Part shown: piece after piece, positions 60,732 through 64,000 of the stretch
Position numbering within the stretch: the stretch's first letter is position 1
How the letters are laid out: every line of letters starts with the position of its first letter
Origin: an uncultured Gemmatimonadales bacterium
Lineage (GTDB): Bacteria; Gemmatimonadota; Gemmatimonadetes; Gemmatimonadales; Gemmatimonadaceae
Assembly: GCA_963850905.1 (NCBI GenBank)
Contig: CAWKMU010000003.1
Location: forward strand, 1,248,001 to 1,312,000
Length of the DNA stretch: 64,000 nt
Reading direction: 5' to 3'
Notes under the pieces: generated by a model
The model's input: only the letters and a program-made list of their open reading frames with translations
What the model was told of the DNA's origin: nothing
Databases searched by the model: none
Position numbers and translations under genes: made by a program

Positions 60732-62114
60732 ATGACGGACCCCCTCGACCAGGAGTGGCCGGCGGGCGATTGGGCGCCCAACCGCCCGGAGGTTCAATTG
60801 CGCGCGATCGCCGGGGGCATTCCAACCGCTCGAGCGGGCGCTGCCGAGCAACCTGCTCCGGACGCGCACGAGGTCGAGCCGGACGAGGGGGCACCGGGCA
60901 CGAGCGAGTGGCCGGTCAGCGACCCACCGCGTCGCTCCGACGACCGCGATCCAGTTGGGGCCGAGCGCGATGTGCTCTTGTGGCAGCGGTGGGCGCGCTT
61001 TCTAGGTGCTGCGTTGATGGTGGCCGCGGCAATCGCCCAGCACGGTCGGCCAGCGAGCGCGGCCACATGGGCGCCGTTGCTGGAGCTCGCCCTGGCCTAT
61101 GGCGCCGTCACGGCGATGGTGGCGTGGTTCCTCCGATATGCTTCTGCGGAGACAGTCCCGCCACGCTTGCCAGCGCTCATCATGACCTTCGACCTCGTCG
61201 CTGCTGCCGGAACGGTGTACCTCACGGCACCGGCGCGCGATTACGATCGGATCCTGGTGCTGGGGCTCGTCATCACGCAGGTCGCAGTGGTCTACTACGG
61301 ACTCTCTTGCGCGCTCTGGGGGGTCGCCGGGACGATCGCGGCGTACCTCGTGGGGTCCTTGCTGCTGCCACCGGCGGTGGCAGGCTTGCCGGAGTCGCGA
61401 ATCACGGTCGCTGCCGATACCGCCACGTTCGCGTTCGCCGGCCTCGTACTGCTGTACACGTTCGGCACGTTCCGAGCGCGCATGAACGCACTGCGGCGTT
61501 TCTGCCGGGACGTCGAGATCGGGGACCTCGGCGGCACATATGACGTCAACGCGGAGCGGCGCCCAGACGACCTGACCCTGCTGGCGCGCAGCGTCGACGA
61601 GATGCGGCAGCGACTCATCGAATTGATCGGCACGGATCCGCTGACCGGATGTCTCAATCGGCGCGCGCTCGAGACGCGGCTCGCCCGCGACTGCCGCCAC
61701 GCAAAACGCCGTGGCACGCCGCTGGCTATTCTCGCCGTCGACGTGGACCACTTCAAATCGATCAACGACAGCTTCGGCCACCCCTTCGGTGACTTCGTCT
61801 TGCAGGCGGTGGCGGAGATCATGAAGGAGACGGCCCGTGACACGGACGCGGTCGCCAGACTTGGTGGCGACGAATTCATCCTCGTTCTGCCCGATACCGG
61901 GTGGCAAGGCGCGACGACCTTTGCCGAGCGTCTGCGTCGCAACGTCGACGACCACATCTTCGGCGACGACGTAACGTCGCTGCAGGTGACGATCTCGGTC
62001 GGCGTCGCGGTCGCGCGCGCCGTCGATGACCAACCGCCATCGGCGCTCCTGGCCGATGTAGACCGCAGCCTCTATCGTGCCAAGTCCGCTGGTCGAAACC
62101 GCATTAGCGCGTGA
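60732..62114 (+). CDS. Membrane diguanylate cyclase (TM + HAMP-like + GGDEF)
   Basis: TDPLTG, DVDHFKSINDSFGH, RDTD I-site, GGDEF; start uncertain. Confidence 0.9.
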   Translation: MTDPLDQEWPAGDWAPNRPEVQLRAIAGGIPTARAGAAEQPAPDAHEVEPDEGAPGTSEWPVSDPPRRSDDRDPVGAERDVLLWQRWARFLGAALMVAAAIAQHGRPASAATWAPLLELALAYGAVTAMVAWFLRYASAETVPPRLPALIMTFDLVAAAGTVYLTAPARDYDRILVLGLVITQVAVVYYGLSCALWGVAGTIAAYLVGSLLLPPAVAGLPESRITVAADTATFAFAGLVLLYTFGTFRARMNALRRFCRDVEIGDLGGTYDVNAERRPDDLTLLARSVDEMRQRLIELIGTDPLTGCLNRRALETRLARDCRHAKRRGTPLAILAVDVDHFKSINDSFGHPFGDFVLQAVAEIMKETARDTDAVARLGGDEFILVLPDTGWQGATTFAERLRRNVDDHIFGDDVTSLQVTISVGVAVARAVDDQPPSALLADVDRSLYRAKSAGRNRISA

Positions 62115-62121
62115 ACGCAGC

Positions 62122-63657
62122 GTGGCTGTCTCGGACCCTGACGCCACCGGCGATGGCGACCAGCCGGTGATCGCCAATACGCGCATTCTCGTAGCGGACG
62201 ATGATCCGGCCGTCCTGCAGACGGTCGCGTGGGTGCTGAAGGAGCAAGGCTACGACGTCAGCGCGGCCAACGGCGGGCAGGCGTTGTTCGAGCGCCTCGA
62301 GCAGGAGATGCCGGACCTGCTGCTGCTCGACGTCGCCTTGCCGGGGGCTGACAACTATCAGATGCTCGAACGCATCAAGGCGGACGATCGCTGGCGCGAC
62401 CTGCCGGTCTTGATGGTGTCGGCCCTGCCCCCGGACGAGGCCACGGTGCGCACCCTCGGTCTGGGTGCTGCGGACTTCGTGCGGAAACCCGTGCGTGTGC
62501 GGGAACTGCTCGCGCGCATCCAGGCGCAGCTGCGCGTCCGCGCGGCGTTGACGGCTGCGCGCGAGGCGCTGCGGAGCAAGGATGCAGAGCTGCAACGGGC
62601 GCGCGAGGAAGCGGAGAGTCGACGCAAGCTCGTCGACATCCTCCATGAAGTCACCGGCGACCTGTCGTCCGACGAGATCTACCATATCGTGGCGCGGCGC
62701 GTGGCGCGTGCGCTCAACATCTCGCACTGTTCCGTCATTCTGGCGCGGCCCGGTGATGAGTTCGGGGTCGTGGCGACCTCCTACGAGAATCCGCCGCTCC
62801 GCAACCTGCAGATCAACCTGGACCGGTACCCCGAGGTTCGCGCGGCGCTCGACGGCGGGTCGCCGATGCTGATCGAGGACCTGCAGACCAGCCCGCTCTA
62901 CGATCGCGTCCGTACGATCTGGCTGCGTGAGGGGATCAGCGTCGCCATCCGCTCCGTGATCGCGCTCCCGTTCACGGTGGACCGCGCGCAAGCCGGGGTA
63001 TTCTTCCTGCGGCGCACCGGTGAAGAGCCGCCACTCACGAGCGAAGATGTCGAGTTCGCCGATACGGTGATCCGCGCAGCGGTCGCAACGATCCAGCGCG
63101 CCCAGGTCATCGAGACCACGCGCGCGGACAACGCGCGGCTGGAAGCGCTCGCCCACACGGACCCGCTGACGCAGGTCCTCAACCGGCGCGCGCTCACCCT
63201 GCGTCTCACGTCGGAGATCGATCGCGCGCGGCGCTACAACTCGGTGTTGACGCTGCTCATGATCGATCTCGATCACTTCAAGCGGGTCAACGACACTTAC
63301 GGTCATCTCACCGGGGACGACGCCTTGCGCGAGGTGGCGGCACTTCTGCAACACGCGGTGCGTAGCGTCGACGTGGTCGCCCGGTACGGTGGCGAGGAAT
63401 TCATCGTCGTGCTGCCGGAGACGGCAGAGGCGGGCGCGGTTGCGTTCGCAGAGCGCATTCGCGAACGCATCGCGGACCAGGCCTTCGCGGTCATCTCGGC
63501 GCCAGGTCCCTCCGGTGCGGGTCTGCGATTGACGGGGAGCATTGGAGTCGCCACGTTCCCCAGTCCGCGCGTGGACTCCGCGGAAGATCTGTTTGCCCAA
63601 GCGGACGCCGCGCTCTATCGGGCCAAATCCGAAGGACGGAACCGCGTTCGGATATAA
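62122..63657 (+). CDS. Diguanylate cyclase with receiver and GAF domains
   Basis: ILVADDD..LLLDV..KP receiver; GAF-like middle; RSVD I-site, GGEEF. Confidence 0.92.
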   Translation: MAVSDPDATGDGDQPVIANTRILVADDDPAVLQTVAWVLKEQGYDVSAANGGQALFERLEQEMPDLLLLDVALPGADNYQMLERIKADDRWRDLPVLMVSALPPDEATVRTLGLGAADFVRKPVRVRELLARIQAQLRVRAALTAAREALRSKDAELQRAREEAESRRKLVDILHEVTGDLSSDEIYHIVARRVARALNISHCSVILARPGDEFGVVATSYENPPLRNLQINLDRYPEVRAALDGGSPMLIEDLQTSPLYDRVRTIWLREGISVAIRSVIALPFTVDRAQAGVFFLRRTGEEPPLTSEDVEFADTVIRAAVATIQRAQVIETTRADNARLEALAHTDPLTQVLNRRALTLRLTSEIDRARRYNSVLTLLMIDLDHFKRVNDTYGHLTGDDALREVAALLQHAVRSVDVVARYGGEEFIVVLPETAEAGAVAFAERIRERIADQAFAVISAPGPSGAGLRLTGSIGVATFPSPRVDSAEDLFAQADAALYRAKSEGRNRVRI

Positions 63658-64000
63658 GTGACGACGCAGCGGTCCGAACCGCCCGCGCGTCTTCGGATCG
63701 GCGGCAGATTCGGGGTCGTATTCGTCGCTGCTGTGGTGTTCCTCGCCTCGGCGTCCGAGCGCGGATGGGCGCAGCAACTCGAGCCGAGCAATCGGCCGAG
63801 CGTCGACAGCGCGGGCATTCGCGTGCCGATCGAGCCGGATCCCGTGCTGACGCCGGGTGCGACGCTCCCGGTCACGGTCGAAGACATCTGCGCGAGCGGC
63901 TACACCCGCAAGGTGCGCAACGTGCCGGCCGAGGTGAAACGCGACGTGTACCGACGGTACGGTATTCGACACCATTGGAAGGGCGAGTTCGAGATGGACC
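63658..64000 (+). CDS. Secreted HNH-nuclease-like protein, 3'-truncated
   Basis: Hand translation from GTG 63658: hydrophobic leader, PDPVLTPGA..ICASGYTRKVRNV..YGI..EFEMD; absent from the ORF track because no stop lies in the window. Confidence 0.65.
   Translation, partial: MTTQRSEPPARLRIGGRFGVVFVAAVVFLASASERGWAQQLEPSNRPSVDSAGIRVPIEPDPVLTPGATLPVTVEDICASGYTRKVRNVPAEVKRDVYRRYGIRHHWKGEFEMD

Overview
High-GC bacterial chromosomal segment; gene content and protein style suggest Gemmatimonadota (inference). In order: a truncated M20 dipeptidase; an egtB-egtD-egtA ergothioneine cluster coupled to a betaine-type ABC importer, with no egtC/egtE; tamA/tamB-like genes and rho; a signalling region (stand-alone HisKA protein, TPR protein, receiver protein, AraC-like regulator, a 39-aa Cys-containing lipopeptide gene hidden inside a longer ORF, and a second TPR protein); DUF1800/DUF1501 with a polysaccharide deacetylase; thyX; two Ddl-like ATP-grasp ligases plus a KamA radical-SAM aminomutase; a minus-strand amine/acid catabolic run; rnhA; otsA with GH15; an ECF sigma/anti-sigma pair; sucB-lpdA; gyrA carrying a 520-aa HNH-type intein at a GNWG|S site; two diguanylate cyclases; a partial secreted HNH nuclease. 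Many intergenic spaces hold heptamer-armed palindromes or GTAG-type REPs. Three genes (egtA, tamB, CoA-transferase A) carry single +1 frameshifts that look like sequencing indels. No rRNA, tRNA, CRISPR array or transposase was recognised. Start codons are best estimates made by eye.
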